A stretch of 62,012 nucleotides of DNA, filler included, from Chiloscyllium plagiosum (taxonomy: Eukaryota): NCBI RefSeq assembly GCF_004010195.1. It is 3 parts of one record of this genome, joined end to end, with 100 filler letters (N's around TTAATTAATTAA, not from the genome) between each part and the next. Parts side by side here need not be neighbours in the genome. Positions count along the whole stretch, not along the records: positions 1 to 22,877 come from NC_057713.1; positions 22,978 to 49,038 come from NC_057713.1; 1 more part is not named here. The stretch is one strand, 5' to 3'. Made by a program: the position numbers and the translations under genes. Below, piece after piece: positions 12,710 to 26,469 of this stretch. Position 1 is the stretch's first letter; every line of letters begins with the position of its first letter. The notes under the pieces were generated by a model that was not told the origin of the DNA, ran no database searches, and saw nothing but the letters and a program-made list of their open reading frames with translations.

Positions 12710-15700
12710 CAACATAGAACAGTACAGTACAGGCCCTTCAGGCCGTCATATTGTGCCGGCGTTTCATCGTACTCTAAAATCATACTTATCTACATACCCT
12801 TCATTGTACTAATTTTCATGTGTCTACCGAAGAATTGCTTAAATGTTCCCAATGTATCTGACTGCATTGCCATTGCTGGCAGGGCATTCCACGCACTCAC
12901 CACTCACTTTGTAAAGAACCGACCTCTGACATCTCCTGTAAACCTTCCTCCAGTTATTTTAAAATTATGCCCCCGCGTGATAGACATTTCTGCCATAGGA
13001 TAAAATCTCTGACTATTCACTCTATGTCTATCATCTTGTACACCTCTATCCAGTCACCTTTCATCTTTCTTTGCTCTAATGAGAAAAGCCCTAGCTTTCT
13101 CAACCTTTCTTCATAGGACATATCCTCCAGTCCAGGCAGCATCCTGGTAAATCTCCTCTGCACTCTCTTTAAAGCTTCTACATCTTTCCTATAATGAGGT
13201 GACCAGAACTGGACACAATGTTCTAAGTGTGGTCTAACCAGGACTCGATAGAACTACAGCATAACCTCATGGCTCTTAAACTTGATCCCCCTGCTAATGA
13301 AAGCCCTCAAACCATACGCCCTCTTTACAACCCTATCAACTCAGGTGGGAACTTTCAGGGACATGGATTCCAAGATCCCTCTATTCCTCCACACTGCCAA
13401 GAATCCTCCCTTTAACCCCATACTTTGCATTCAAATTGGACCTGCCAAAGTGAATAACTTCACACTTTTCCAGGTTGAATTCCATCTGCCACTTATCAGG
13501 TCAAGGTCTCATTGCAACTTACAACAGCCCGACACGCTATTCGCAACTCCACCAACCTTCGTGTTATCAGCAAACTTACTAACCCACCCTTCCACTTCCT
13601 CATCCATGTCATAGAACGTAGAACAATACAGCGCAGAACAAGCCCTGCAGCCCTCGATGTTGCGCCGACCTGTGAACTAATCTAAGCTCATCCCCCTACA
13701 CTATCCCATCATCATCCATGTGCTTATCCAAGGATTGTTTCAATCTCCCTAATGTGGCTGAGTTAACTACACTGGGCAGGCAGGGCATTCCACACCTTTA
13801 CCACTCTCTGAGTAAAGAACCTGCCTCTGACATCTGTCTTAAAGCTATCTCCCGTCAATTTGTAGTTATGCCCCGTCATACAAGCTGACGTCGTCATCAT
13901 CCGAGGGAAAAGATTTCCACTGTCTACCCTATCTAATCCTCTGATCACCTTGTAAGTCTCTATCAAATCCTCACTTAGCCGCCTTCTTTCCAATGAGAAC
14001 AGACCCAAGTCTCTCCGCCTTTCCTCATAAGACCTTCCCTCCAGACCAGGCAACATCCTGGTAAATCTCCTCTGCACCTTTTCCAATGCTTCCACATCCT
14101 TCCTATAATAGGACAACCAGAACTGTACACAAGATTCCAATTGTGGCCGCACTAGCGTTTTGTATGGTTGCAGCATGACATTACAGCTCCGGAACTCAAT
14201 CCCTCTCCCAATAAACCTAACAAACCTTATGCTTTCTCACTGGCACTATCCACCTGGGTGGCAACTTTCAGCGATCTATGTACATGGACTCCAAGATGCC
14301 TCTGCACATCCAGACTACCAAGAATCTTTCCATTGACCCAGTATTCTGCCTTCCTGTTATTCTTCCCAAAGTGCATCACCTCACATTTAGCTGCATTGAG
14401 CTCCATTTGGCACTTGTCAGCCCAATTCTGCAGTTTATCCAAGTCCCCCTGCAACATTCTTCCATATTGTCCACTACTCCTCATGCTTTAGTATCATCTG
14501 CAAACTTACTAACCCATCCACCTATGTTATAAATGACTTAGATGCAGGCAATGACAAATAGCAGTGGTCCCAAAACAGATCCTTGTGGCACACCATTAGT
14601 AACCGCACGGCAGGCTGAATATCCACCACCACTCGCTGCCTTCTTACAGAAAGCCAGTTTCTAATCCAAACTGCTAAATTACCCTCCATCCCATGCCTCC
14701 GCATTTTCTCCAAGAGCCTACCATGTGGAACCTTATGAAAAGGCTTTACTGAAGTTCACATACACCATGTCAACTGCCCTACCCTCATCGACATGCTTGG
14801 TCAACTTCTCAAAAAACTCAATGAGGCTTGTGAGACATGACCTGCTCTTGATGAAACCATGTTGACTATCTGAAATCAAACTTGCTTGCTAGGTGACTAT
14901 AAATCTTATCTCTTATAATCCTTTCCAAACTTTTCCTACAACAGACATAAGACTCACTGGTCTATAATTACTTGGGTCATTACTACTGCACTTCTTGAAC
15001 AACGGCACAACATTTGCAATCCTCCGGTCCCCTGGTACTAAACCTGTAGACACAACGACTCAAAAGATCAAAGCCAAAGGCTCTGCCATCTCCTCCCTAG
15101 CTTGCCAGAGAATCTTCGGATAAATCCCATTGGGCCAAGGGAACTTGTCTACTTTCACTCCTTCAGTCATTTATAAACATCACAAAGAGCAGAGGTCCCA
15201 GAACCGATCCCTGCAGAACACCACTAGTCACCGACCTGCAGGCTGGATACTTTTTATCTACCACCACCTTCTGTCTTCAATGGGCCAGCCAATTCTTGTC
15301 CAGACAGCCAGCTTTCCCTGTATCCTATGCCTCCTTACTTTCTGAATGAGCCTACCATGGGGAGCCTTACCAAATGCCTTCCTAAAATCCATATACACCA
15401 CATCCACTGCTCTACATTCATCAGTGTGTTTTGTCACATGCTTAAACAATTCAATAAGGTTTGAGAGGCATGACCTGCCCCTCACAAAGCCATGCTGACT
15501 ATCTCTGATCAAACTATGGTTTTCCAAGTAATCATAAATCCTGTCTCTCAGAATCTTCTCCAATACTTTGCCCATCACTGATGTAATAACTGGTCTGTAG
15601 TTCCCAGAATTATCCCTATTCCCTTTCTTGAACAAGGGAATAACATTTGCCAACCTCGAGTCATCTGGTACTACTCCAGTGGACAGTGAAGACGCAAAGA

Positions 15701-16360
15701 TCATCACCACAGGTGCAAGAATCTCTTCCCTCGCTTTCCATAGTAACCTAGCATATATCCCATCTTACCCAGGAGATTTATCCATCCTTACATTTCTCAC
15801 ATTTTTCAGCATCAATCTGTTCTAGCATATCTGTCTGTTTCACACCGTCCTCAGAAACGTCAAGGTCCCTCTCAGTAGTGAATACTGAAGAAAAGAATTT
15901 ATTAAGGGCCTCCCCTACTTCATCCAACTCCACGTGCATGTTCCCTCCACTATCCCTGATCGGCCTTACCCTCATTCTGGACATCCTTACGCAAGTGTAG
16001 AACGCCTTAGGGTTTTCCTTAATCATACCTGTTAAGCTTTTTTTATGCCCCCTTCTAGCTCTTCTTCAGTTCCTTCCTGGCCACCTTATAACCCTCTAAA
16101 GCTGAGAGAGTGAGAGTGAGACCGAGACCCCTCTACTCAGCTTATCTACATTTGGGTCAAAAGCCCTCCTGGGACTCACGTGACAAAACTGCTCCATCCA
16201 AACTATTTGAACTAGTAGGTTCCAATCAATATTAGGGAAGTTAAAGTCACCCATAACAACAACCCTGTTACTTCTGCACATTTCCAAATTCTGCTTCCCA
16301 ATCTACTCCTCAGTGTCTCTGTTGCTATTGGGGGGCCTACAGAAAACTCCCAATAAAGTT
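12710..16360 (-). mobile_element. Cluster of nested or truncated CR1 copies
   Basis: Several minus-strand RT and C-terminal peptides (LVRPQLESCVQFW, NYRPV, DFRKAF, GDFNFPNIDW); two tails near 12710 and 13610. Confidence 0.85.
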
Positions 16361-16364
16361 ACTG

Positions 16365-17250
16365 GAGCCGTCCCTGCTCTAAACGCTCCCCCTCCAAACG
16401 CAATAAAGCCAGAATCCCCTTGTCCTCACTTGCCACATCATCAGTCTCCACATCCAATATAACGTATCATCCTTAAACACCTCCGCCAACTCTAATTAGA
16501 CCATCACCAAGAACATCTTCCCCTCCCCACCTCTCGCTGCCTTCCACAAGGACCGCTACCTTCGCCAATCCTTGGTTCATGCCACTCTCCCCTCGAACCC
16601 CAAGGTACCTTCCCCTGCAATTGAAAAAGATGCAAAACCTGTCAGCACATCACGCCCACCTCACCTCCATCCCGGCCCCAAACGGTCCTTCCAGGTGAGA
16701 CAGGTGTTGACCTGCCTCTCCTCCAACCTAGTTTACTGTATTCGGTGCTCCCCTACATGGTCTTCTATATATTGGGGAGACCAAACAAACTCAGGGCACA
16801 TTTCACTGAGCATCACAGCCGGACCTGCAGGGGGCCAACCTGACCTCTCATTTCAATTCCTCTTCCCACTCCCTTTCCAACATGACCATCCTTGGGCTCT
16901 TCCATTGCCAAGCGACAAATTGGAGGAACAACAACTCATCATCCGCCTGGGTAGCGTACAGCCTGAAGGACTCAACATTGAGTTCTCCAATTTCAAATAA
17001 TCTCCCTTCCCATCCCCCGACTCCCTTTCCAGCCCCTCCTCTACCTTCCTTTCCTCTGACCAATCCTTCCTTTCAACTACCAAATGGATTTATTCCTCCC
17101 ATCGCTAAACCAGGTCATACCCTCTACCTGTGATCATCTATCCCTACATCACCACTCCCCACCCCCTTCCCCCTTTATCTGCAGGTCGCCTCACACTCAA
17201 GAAGTCCTGAAGAAGGGTTACATCCGAAATGTTGACTTTTCCACCTCCTG
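16365..17250 (+). mobile_element. Penelope-like element 3' part (GIY-YIG endonuclease, decayed) with pLTR and hammerhead
   Basis: FQVRQVLTCLSSNLVYCIRC...IYWG...LEEQQLIIRLGSVQPEGLNIEFSNFK; frameshifted. Confidence 0.8.
17202..17238 (+). ncRNA. Hammerhead motif at the 3' end of a Penelope-like fragment
   Basis: AAGUC-CUGAAGA-A-GGGU-UAC-AUCC-GAAA-UG-UU/GACUU, with a 5-bp stem I (AAGUC/GACUU). Confidence 0.7.
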
Positions 17251-17342
17251 ACAACATAATGGAGAGCATTTTCAACTAGAAGGTGGTACTCAACTCCACA
17301 AAGACTATGCAGTGGTTACTCTTATCAATACTGTCATGGGCA

Positions 17343-17530
17343 GATATACCTGCAGCCAGCAGACTGATAAGGATTAGGTTTAGCATGTTTTTCCCTCTTG
17401 TTGGTTCCCTCACTACCTGTCGCAGTCTATGTTCTATGTTCTATGGATATACCTGCAGCCAGCAGACTGATAAGGATTAGGTTTAGCATGTTTTTCCCTC
17501 TTGTTGGTTCCCTCACTACCTGTCGCAGTC
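17343..17530 (+). repeat. 85-bp perfect direct duplication separated by an 18-nt (TTCTATG)n tract
   Basis: 17343-17427 equals 17446-17530; spacer TATGTTCTATGTTCTATG. Confidence 0.9.
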
Positions 17531-20139
17531 CCAGTCTAGCAGCCATGTCCTTTAGAACCCAACCACTCGATCAGTAGTGTTGCTGTCTAATTAATGTTCC
17601 TGATTTCTGAAGAAGGGTCACTGGACTCAAAAACATTAACTCTGCTTCTCCTCCACAGATGCTGCCAGACATGCTGAGTTCTCCACCAGGATTTTGCCTG
17701 GGATGGAGCCTTGATGAGAAGTTGGATAAGCTCAGGTTCTTCTCCTTAGAGCAGAGAAGTTTAAGGGGATATCTGCTAGAGGTGTATAAGATTACAAGGG
17801 GCATGGACAGGGTTAATAGAAAGCAGTTATCCCCTGAGTTGAAGGTCAATGCAAGGGGGTATAATTTTAAAATGCAAGGCAGGAGGTTGAGAGTGGATTT
17901 GAGGAAATCCTTTTCACCCAGAAGGTGGTGGGTATCTGGAATGCACTGCCTAGGTGGGTATTTGAGGCAGGAAACCTCACAAACATTACAAAGTACTTGG
18001 ATAAACACTTGAAATGTCAAGTGTTAATAAGTGGGATGTGTGTAGATTTAAACGTATGTTTTGTTTTGTCAGTGCAGACCCATAACTCTTGATTCCCTGA
18101 CTAAAACCTCATCTTAGTCTTGAGCATAAATAATGACCCAATCACATCAGACCTCCATGGAAAAGAATTCCACAGATTAATTAACGTCAGAGAATAAATT
18201 CCTCATCTCAGTCTGAAATGTGTAATCCCTAATTCTGAGATTATGCCTTCTGATCCCAGACTCTCCCACAAGGGGAAACAATCTTTACACATCAATTCTG
18301 TCAAGTCCTCTAAGAGTCTTGTGCGTTTCAATAACATTACTTCTCATTTTTATTATATTCTAAGACAACATGCTCACTCTACACAATGTTCTTGTTAAAT
18401 ACAGAAAACTGGTGAGCATTTTTCTTTAAATCAGAGTTCATCAGTCCAGTAAATTGAACACTTTGGGTAGTGTTACTAAATCTTTTCACACTTGTGTTGA
18501 TCTCAGGAACAGTGGGGCTTCATTCCCTGTGCACTATCCTAGCAGGTTGTGACAGTGACCTATAGTACCTTTCATTCTTCCACCATCCCTATGTCACTCT
18601 CAATTTATGGTAATTCCAATCAATATGTTCATTCCAAACTGCAAGAAACGCTTTTAAGAATAACCAGCACAGAACAGCAGAGATAGCCCCAGAGCACCGT
18701 CAATACAGTACTGGTGTTTCCTGCTTTCTAACATATAAGGCCCACTGAAAATGTTACCTAGTAGGGTGACGAAATGTCTGAGAATGAACCTTCCAGTTCA
18801 GTGAGCAAACCTACATCCAGAACCTCAAACTGAACTACAAATCTCTCAAAACTCGCTATAAGCCATTTATGCTTGTTTCTGTTGCACTGGTTTGAAGATA
18901 TTAAACTTCTCTATTCCAGAATGCAGGTTGGCCTCTAGCACAATAAAAGACCATGTTTTCACCACATTCATGTACAGCAAGTTGAAGATGTGCACATTAT
19001 TGCACTACATCATGGAAGCTTCCAGAATAAAAGTTTGAAGGACACAAGCAAATTCACTGAAATAATGTTGCGGATCATGAATCATGCTATCCTCAAGATG
19101 GCAACCACTGATGTGTGTGTTCAAGACAAAGTACTTCTCAACAAATGGCAAAAAAACATACACAAGGCAAACAACTTAAATCTGCTTTAATTTCAGTGGT
19201 TTAAAAATGTCAATTTTGGTTTCATTATTCACCCCATACTCAGTGGAACTTACTGCTTCAAACCAAAATAAAATTCAGGTAAGTACAACATATGCATCCA
19301 ACTCAATATGACATCAGCAAACAGAAAGCAGACAAAACATAATTAATTCAGACAATTTATTTTTTGGAATGATTCACAATCTTGTCTTTTGAAGTCTTGG
19401 TTTTCGATCCAGTGGGTCAGTTTCAGATGACATCATATGAAATACAAGAGACAAAAGAAAATAATGTGTAATATGATGAGAGCTCATTCAACTACTTTTT
19501 GATTTTGTCATGGATACCAAAAGAAATCCATCCAGCGAACAAGACAATTTGAAGACTGCATCAGATTAAAACAATGGCTTGCATTGCTTTGGAAGGAACA
19601 GTATGTCAAAAGCATCACCCTCACCTCTGAGGCATAAGGTCCCAGGTCAGTGCACCTTCCTGGGCCAGAGCATTAAAATTTGTGCTAAAACCCCAGCACA
19701 GTATTGAGGGACTGCTAGAGGTGTCAACTCTCATAGGAGATGTTGAAATGAGGTGCCAACTGCAACAAACATGAAGAATACTGGAGAAACTCAGCAGGTC
19801 TGTTACCAATTGATTTTAACACTACTGTGAATCCTTTTGCAAGGATACCTGCCTAGAAGTTTTCTTCCTCTCGCTACAAGAATCTCAGTGAGTCTCTATC
19901 TCACTGCAACCCCCAGGTCATCTCCTCTGCCACCCTGCCTCTATTCCTGATGAATAGAGGTAGGGGTATAAATTACCCAAAACGTAAATTTTCCTGCTCC
20001 TCAGATGCTGCCTGACCTGCTGTGCTTTTCCAGCACCACTCTAATCTAGACTCAGGGGTATAAATACTACTACCTTCTCCAAGGCAATTACAAATAAGCA
20101 ATAAATGTCCAAGCTATGGATGTCCATTTGGAGTCATAT

Positions 20140-22877
20140 TCAGATCTATAGCACAGATGGCCCATCAAGTCTACACCGTTTAAAAGCGATTACCTAATGA
20201 TTTCTAATCCATAGACTAGTATGCCTTGGCATCATAAGTGCGCATCTAAATACTTCTTAAATGTTAATAAGGTTTCCGCCTCTATCACCCTTACAGACAG
20301 TGAGTTCCAGATTCCTACCATCTCCTGGGTGACAAAGATTTTCCTCACAGATCCTCTCAATCTCCTACCTCTTGGTTTGAATCTATGCCCTCGGTTATTG
20401 ACCCCCTCCATCAAAAGGAAATGTTTCTTCCTGTTTATCCTGTCTATAACCCTGATAATTTCATACAGCTCAACCATGACTCACCTCAGTCTCCTCTGTT
20501 CCAAGGAAAATCACCCCAGTCTATCTAATATTTGTCATAAGTAGAACTTTCCAGCTCAGGCACCACCCTGGTAAATCTCCTGTGTACCCTCTCCAGTGAA
20601 ATCACATTCCTCTCATACTGTGGATTGCAGAACTGGAGTACTCTATTTGCAGTCTAAACAAATCTTTATACAGTTCTTAAACTCTATGCCACAACTAATA
20701 AAGGCAAGTATCTTATATGCTTTCTTAATCGTTTTATCTATCTGTTTCACTAACTTAAGACTTGTGTACATGCAACCCAAGGCCCCCATTATCTTCATGC
20801 TTCCAAGTCCTACGTTTCACCAAGTATTCCCTTGCTTTATATGTTCTGCCCAAACACATCATCTCACTCTTAACCGATTGAGTTTCATTTGCCACTTTTC
20901 AGCCCACTGATATCCTCCTACAGCCTCAGGCTATCCTCCTATTTACCACCCCACCAATTTCATTTCATCCACCAACTGATCAATCTTCCTATATTCAAGA
21001 CTAAATCATTTATGTAAATAACAAATAGCAAGGGCCCAAACGCTGATCCCTGCGGAATCCACTGCACACAGGCTTCCAGTCACAAAGACACCTCACGACG
21101 ATCACCCTCTGCTTCCTGTCATTCATTCAATTCTGGATCCAGAATTTTCTTGGATCGCATGGGCTCTTGCCTTTGTATTCAATCTCTCTTGCAGGACCTT
21201 ATCAAAAACCAAACTAAAAGTACAGACTACATTGAATGCATTGCCTTCATCTACACACCTAGTCACCTCTGAAAAATTCAATTCATTTGGTCAGAAATAA
21301 CTTCCCCTTAACAAAACCATGCTGATTGCATTTGGACAGGCAGGGATTAACCAAGACAGATGAATTCAATTGTTTCCAATAAGTTCCCCATCACACAGGT
21401 TAAACTGACTGGCCTGTAGTAGAACATAGCAGGACAGCACAGAACAGGCCCTTCAGCCCACGATGTTGTGCCGACCATTGATCCTCATAGAGCATAGAAC
21501 ATAGAACATAGAAGAATACAGCGCAGTACAGGCCCTTTGGCCCTCGATGTTGCGCCGATCCAAGCCCACCTAACCTACACTAGCCCACTATCCTCCATAT
21601 GCCTATCCAATGCCTGTTTAAATGCACATAAAGAGGGAGAGTCCACCACTGCTACTGCCAGGGCATTTCATGAACTCACGACTCGCTGAGTAAAGAATCT
21701 ACCCCTAACATCTGTCCTATACCTACCAGCCCTTAATTTAAAGCTATGCCCCCTCGTAATAGCTGACTCCATACGCGGAAAAAGGTTCTCACGGTCAACC
21801 CTATCTAAACCCCTAATCATCTTGTACACCTCTATCAAGTCACCCCTAAACCTTCTTTTCTCCAATGAAAACAACCCTATGTGCTTCAGCCTTTCGTCAT
21901 ATGATCTTCCTACCATACCAGGCAACATCCTGGTAAACCTCCTCTGCACCCGTTCCAGTGTCTCCACATCCTTCCTATAGTATGGCGACCAAAACTGCAC
22001 ACAATACTCCAGATGCGGCCGCACCAGAGTCTTATACAACTGCAACATGATCTCAGGACTCCAGAACTCAATTCCTCTCCCAATAAAAGCCAGTACGCCA
22101 TATGCCTTCCTCACCGCACTATTTAACTGGATGGCAACTTTCAAAGATCTGTGTACATGGACACCAAGATCCCTCTGCTCATCCACACTACCAAGTATAC
22201 GGCCATTAGCCCAGTACCTTTTTGTTACTCTTACCAAAGTGAATCACCTCACACTTAGCTACATTGAACTCCATTTGCCACCTTTCTGCCCAGTTCAGCA
22301 GCTTATCTATATCCCGCTGTAACCTGACACATCCTTCCTCACTGTCAACAACTCCACCGACTTTCGTATCATCCGCAAACTTGCTCACCCAACCGTCTAA
22401 CCCCTCCTCCAGGTCATTTATAAAAATGACAAACAACAATGGTCCCAAAACAGATCCTTGCAGAACACCGCTAGTAACAGCACTCCAAGATGAACCTTTA
22501 CCATCAACTACTACCCTCTGTCTTCTTCCAGCCAATCCACTCCTAATCCAAACCTCCAACTCACCCTCAATGCCATACCTCCACATTTTTTGAAGTAGCC
22601 TACCATGGGGAACCTTATCAAACGCCTTACTAAAATCCATATACACCACATCTACCACTTTCCCCTCGTCCACCTCCTTAGTCACCTTCTCAAAGAATTC
22701 AATAAGGTTTGTGAGGCACGACCTGCCCTTCACAAAACCATGCTGACTATCCTTGATCACATTATTCCTATCCAGATGTGCATAAATCCTATCCCTTACA
22801 ATTCTCTCTAAGACTTTGCCCACAACAGAAGTGAGACACACCGGCCTATAGTTACTAGGGTTATCCCGACTCCCCTT
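20140..22877 (-). mobile_element. Old CR1 (20140-21420) and younger CR1 RT/3' part (21420-22877, cut by the spacer)
   Basis: [23 protein letters not shown] and FADD in ORFs 22206-22841 and 21668-22237; (TTCTATG)n tail near 21490. Confidence 0.88.
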
Positions 22878-22977
22878 NNNNNNNNNNNNNNNNNNNNNNN
22901 NNNNNNNNNNNNNNNNNNNNNTTAATTAATTAANNNNNNNNNNNNNNNNNNNNNNNNNNNNNNNNNNNNNNNNNNNN
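22878..22977. other. Artificial assembly spacer 44N-TTAATTAATTAA-44N
   Basis: Exactly 100 bp with a six-frame-stop linker in the centre. The flanking CR1 pieces lie on opposite strands. Confidence 0.95.
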
Positions 22978-23376
22978 CTGTTTTCCCTGGAGCATCGAAG
23001 GCTGAGGGGTGACCTTACAGAGGTTTACAAAATTATGAGGGGCATGGATAGGGTAAATAGGCAAAGTCTTTTCCCTGGGGTCGGGGAGTCCAGAACTAGA
23101 GGGCATAAGTTTAGGGTGCGAGGGGTAAGATATAAAAGAGACTTACGGGGCAACGTTTTCACCCAGAGGGTGGTACGTGTATGGAATGAGCTGCCAGAGG
23201 AAGTGGTGGAGGATGGTACAATTGCAACATTTGGATGGGTATATGAATAAGAAGGGTTTGGAGGGATATTGGCCAGGTGCTGGCAGATGGGACTAGATTG
23301 GGTTGGGATATCTGGTCAGCATGGACAGGTTGGACCGAAGGGTCTGTTTCCATGCTATACATCTCTATGACTCTAC
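22978..23376 (+). mobile_element. CR1 3' end
   Basis: RTRGHKFRVRG...FTQRVVRVWNELP and tail ctctatgactcta; near-identical to 56613-57030. Confidence 0.85.
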
Positions 23377-25147
23377 ATGAATTTCATTCATTGACATTTT
23401 ATTACTGTCAGTGTTCTGTCCTGTGTTTACCCACGTAGTTTTACTGCTCTGTTGCCTCAGCATTTCTCTTTAGATTTCTAAATTTCCCTTAACCTGCTCT
23501 CCCTTTTCATTTGAAGCCTGCAGCCTACATAAACGTATTAGTAATATTAGTCTAGATGAGGGAGACAGCAGCATCGTTACAGAATGCTAATGTAAGTGGG
23601 TTAGCAATTGAGATACCTGGGTTAATGCTGTGGGGCATGGATTCAAACCTAACCACGTAAGCCAGTGACTTAAATTCATTTAATAAAATCTGAAATGAGC
23701 TAGTCCTAATTGCGAAGACCACGAAAATATCATCAATTATGGTAAAAGCCCAGTCTCCTTTAGACAAGAAAGTCTGCCACCATTATCAGGTCTGGCCTAT
23801 ATGTGACCCCAAACCACAGCTTTATCCTTCAATCAAAAGTGCCCTTGAAATACTCAGTTCAGGAACATGTCAGGATGTGCAAAAAATGCTGGCTTTGCCA
23901 GTGACATCCCATCAAAATATTTTTTAAAAAGGTCATATAATGTCTCGTGTTTCATTGTATTTCACACACAATCAAATACTCTTTAGGTTCAGAAGTTTTG
24001 TATTTGGGGAAACGTGAGAATTAGAAACTCCAGTTGGTCATTCGGCCTCTTTAGCCTATTCCATTAATTGATAAGAATGTGGCTGATTTGATTGTGGTCT
24101 CAAATCCATTTTGCTGTTTGCTTCCATTACCCTTAATTCCCTTTTTCATCCAAAATCTGACTAACCCAACTTCCACTGCTGTCTGGAGCAGAGAATTACA
24201 AATACTCACAACCCTGTGAGGGATTAAATTCCTCCTCAGTTCCATCTTCAACAGGAATCCCCTTATTCTCAAGCAGTGCCCCTAGTTCTAAATTCTGTGA
24301 TGAAGAGAAACATCCTGTTAGCATCTACCCTGCCAAAACCCTCAGAATCTTGTATGTCTCAGTAAGATCATCTCTTGTTTTTCCAAACTCCAGCCAGTAT
24401 CAGCCTATCTACCAGCCCACCTTCTCCAGCATAAGACATTCCCTTCATGCCAGGAATTAGTCTAGTGAACCTTTTTATGAACTGTTTCCAATTCAAGGTT
24501 ACCCTCCTTAAATAGGAACTGTACACAGTACTCTGGATGTGGTCTCAACAATGCTTTGTACAATTGTAACATGACTTCCCTTCTTTTAAACACCATTTTT
24601 TAGCAATAAAGGTCAGCACTTTATTTTCTTTCCTAAGCACTTGCTGTGCCTGCATGCTAATGTTTTGTGATTCATGAACCAAGACATCAAAGTGCCACTG
24701 TACCCCAGCATGTTGCAGTTTGTCTCCACTTAAATAATAGTCTGCATTTCCAGTCTACCTGCCCAAACAGGCAAGTTCATATTTTCCTATTTTATACTTA
24801 ATCTGCCAAGTTTATGCCAACTCACTTAAACAATCTGTAGATCTTTATATACTCTTTTGTATCTTTTTCCTCAACCAGCTTACCAACCTTCCTTTATATC
24901 AGCAGCACATTTGGCTTCCTTGCAGTCATTCCCTTCATGCAGGTCATTAATATAGGTGGTAAATAGTTTACAATAGTCTCGTGACATGTTACAGGAAAGA
25001 AATGCTGCAGAAACAAGCATAAGTACATGCTTAATATGCCTCGTGCCTTTTTCACCGCAGAAACCTTCTAAAGTTAAAGAGCTCATTTCCCTGGTACTCC
25101 ACTGGATATTCAACCTGAAAATGACCCTGTTATTCCAACAATGTTCA

Positions 25148-25177
25148 CTGAAGAATGGTCACTGGACCTGAAACGTT
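25148..25177 (+). ncRNA. Hammerhead core motif (family B, partly decayed)
   Basis: CUGAAGA-AU-GGUC-ACUG-GACC-U-GAAA-CG-UU followed by the common pLTR tail (cacagatgctgcc...). Confidence 0.5.
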
Positions 25178-25770
25178 AATTCTGATTTCTATCCACAGAT
25201 GCTGCCGGATCTGCTGTGTTTTTCCAACAACTTCTGTTTTGATATTGTTTACTGCTGGTTGGGCACTCCTTTATCTGTGCTACTACATCACTTCCAACAC
25301 CATAATCTTTAATCATGACCCTTTTACGTAACGTTTTATCAACTGGCTTTTGGAAATACAAATGCAGCACATCTACTGATTTCCCCTGTATCTTCCCCTC
25401 CTCGTTGCATGCTGAAAGGTCTCCAGTGAAGTTTGCACTAGTTGCATAAGTGCAGCCTTGGAGAGAGAAAGACTGAATAAGATGATATGAGGAATGAGAG
25501 GATCAACTTATGAGGAGAAACGAGGGTGATGCGTGACATTCCAGCCCTCGAGCCTCACATAGGTTCAGCCTTGAGCATGCCTTCGAAACAGAGTTTGCAA
25601 ATCCAGGTTCTCTGTCTGAGTTTGCATGCTGGAAAAACAGCCGAAGATGAATCCTGCTGCCCAGCATATCTTATTTTATCATCAGACAATGCCTGACCTT
25701 AGACAGAGAATATTTTGTCTTTACTCCTTGCTCCATGTCACTGAAGTTTCTCTTCTTTTTGGGTTGCCAG

Positions 25771-26241
25771 GTCTTCCTGGTGATTCCAAGATTGTTCAGG
25801 TCCTGGAGGAGGAATCCCGAATCCGGCTCTCACAGTTCAATCAAAAGGATATCTCCATGGTTTTCAGCAGTGTCATGAAGCTACATCCATCCATTGAGCA
25901 CCCATTAATTGAAAGCTGTCTCACTGGCCTGGAGAAGAACATTGAGAAGGAACGTCACCCCCAGACCTTGTTCCTCTTGCTCTCTTACTACAAACTGAAG
26001 GCTCAGGCACTGCAGTCTGATGGCTACAGCAGCGAACAGCTTCTCAACAACCGTAAGATCCTCCGATTGGTCAAGCACACACTGGGGCACGTCACCAATG
26101 TAAGAGACCACGAGATGACCCTCCTGGACGAGATGCTGGCTACGTGTGCCCGGGAGACCAGCAACAAGTCACTGGAGCTGATCTTTAGTTCTCAACTCTT
26201 CTATGAGAACAGGCAGGAAAAGTTCATCAATAGCTTGGCAG
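25771..26241 (+). CDS. fastk: FASTK (Fas-activated serine/threonine kinase, FASTK-family RNA-binding protein), internal exon A, 471 nt, phase 1-1
   Basis: Acceptor tttttgggttgccag| and donor G|gtaggg. Translation GLPGDSKIVQVLEEESRIRL...QEKFINSLA matches the ends of the recalled human FASTK segment GFPSDGPLVCALEQERRLRL...QHLISSLA. Confidence 0.88.
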
Positions 26242-26469
26242 GTAGGGTGCAAATAGACTTCAGAGTTTAAGTATCAACCTTTTCACAGATCATATTCACT
26301 TCATCCAGCATTTCATCGTAACTGTTATAATGAATCATAGCATTTAAACCAGCATGGCATTGAAGTGTAGTTGGGAGAAACATGTGCAGTGGGTAATCCA
26401 TCACAACACTGTAACTAGTATAGGTACAGAAGGTATTTAACCCAGCTTTGTACTGTAAAGTTACAGTGC

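Noticed and set aside
18920..19278. Plus-strand exon ending in a perfect CAG|GTAAGT donor, as the missing fastk 5' exon
   Set aside because: All three frames contain stops and there is no FASTK-like sequence.
22922..22933. TTAATTAATTAA palindrome (also at 49083-49094) as a biological motif
   Set aside because: It is centred in identical 44N/44N padding and is a synthetic six-frame-stop linker.
25626..25770. N-terminal extension MLEKQPK... of ORF 25626-26270 as the FASTK start
   Set aside because: It lies upstream of a good polypyrimidine/AG acceptor, and FASTK similarity begins at the acceptor.
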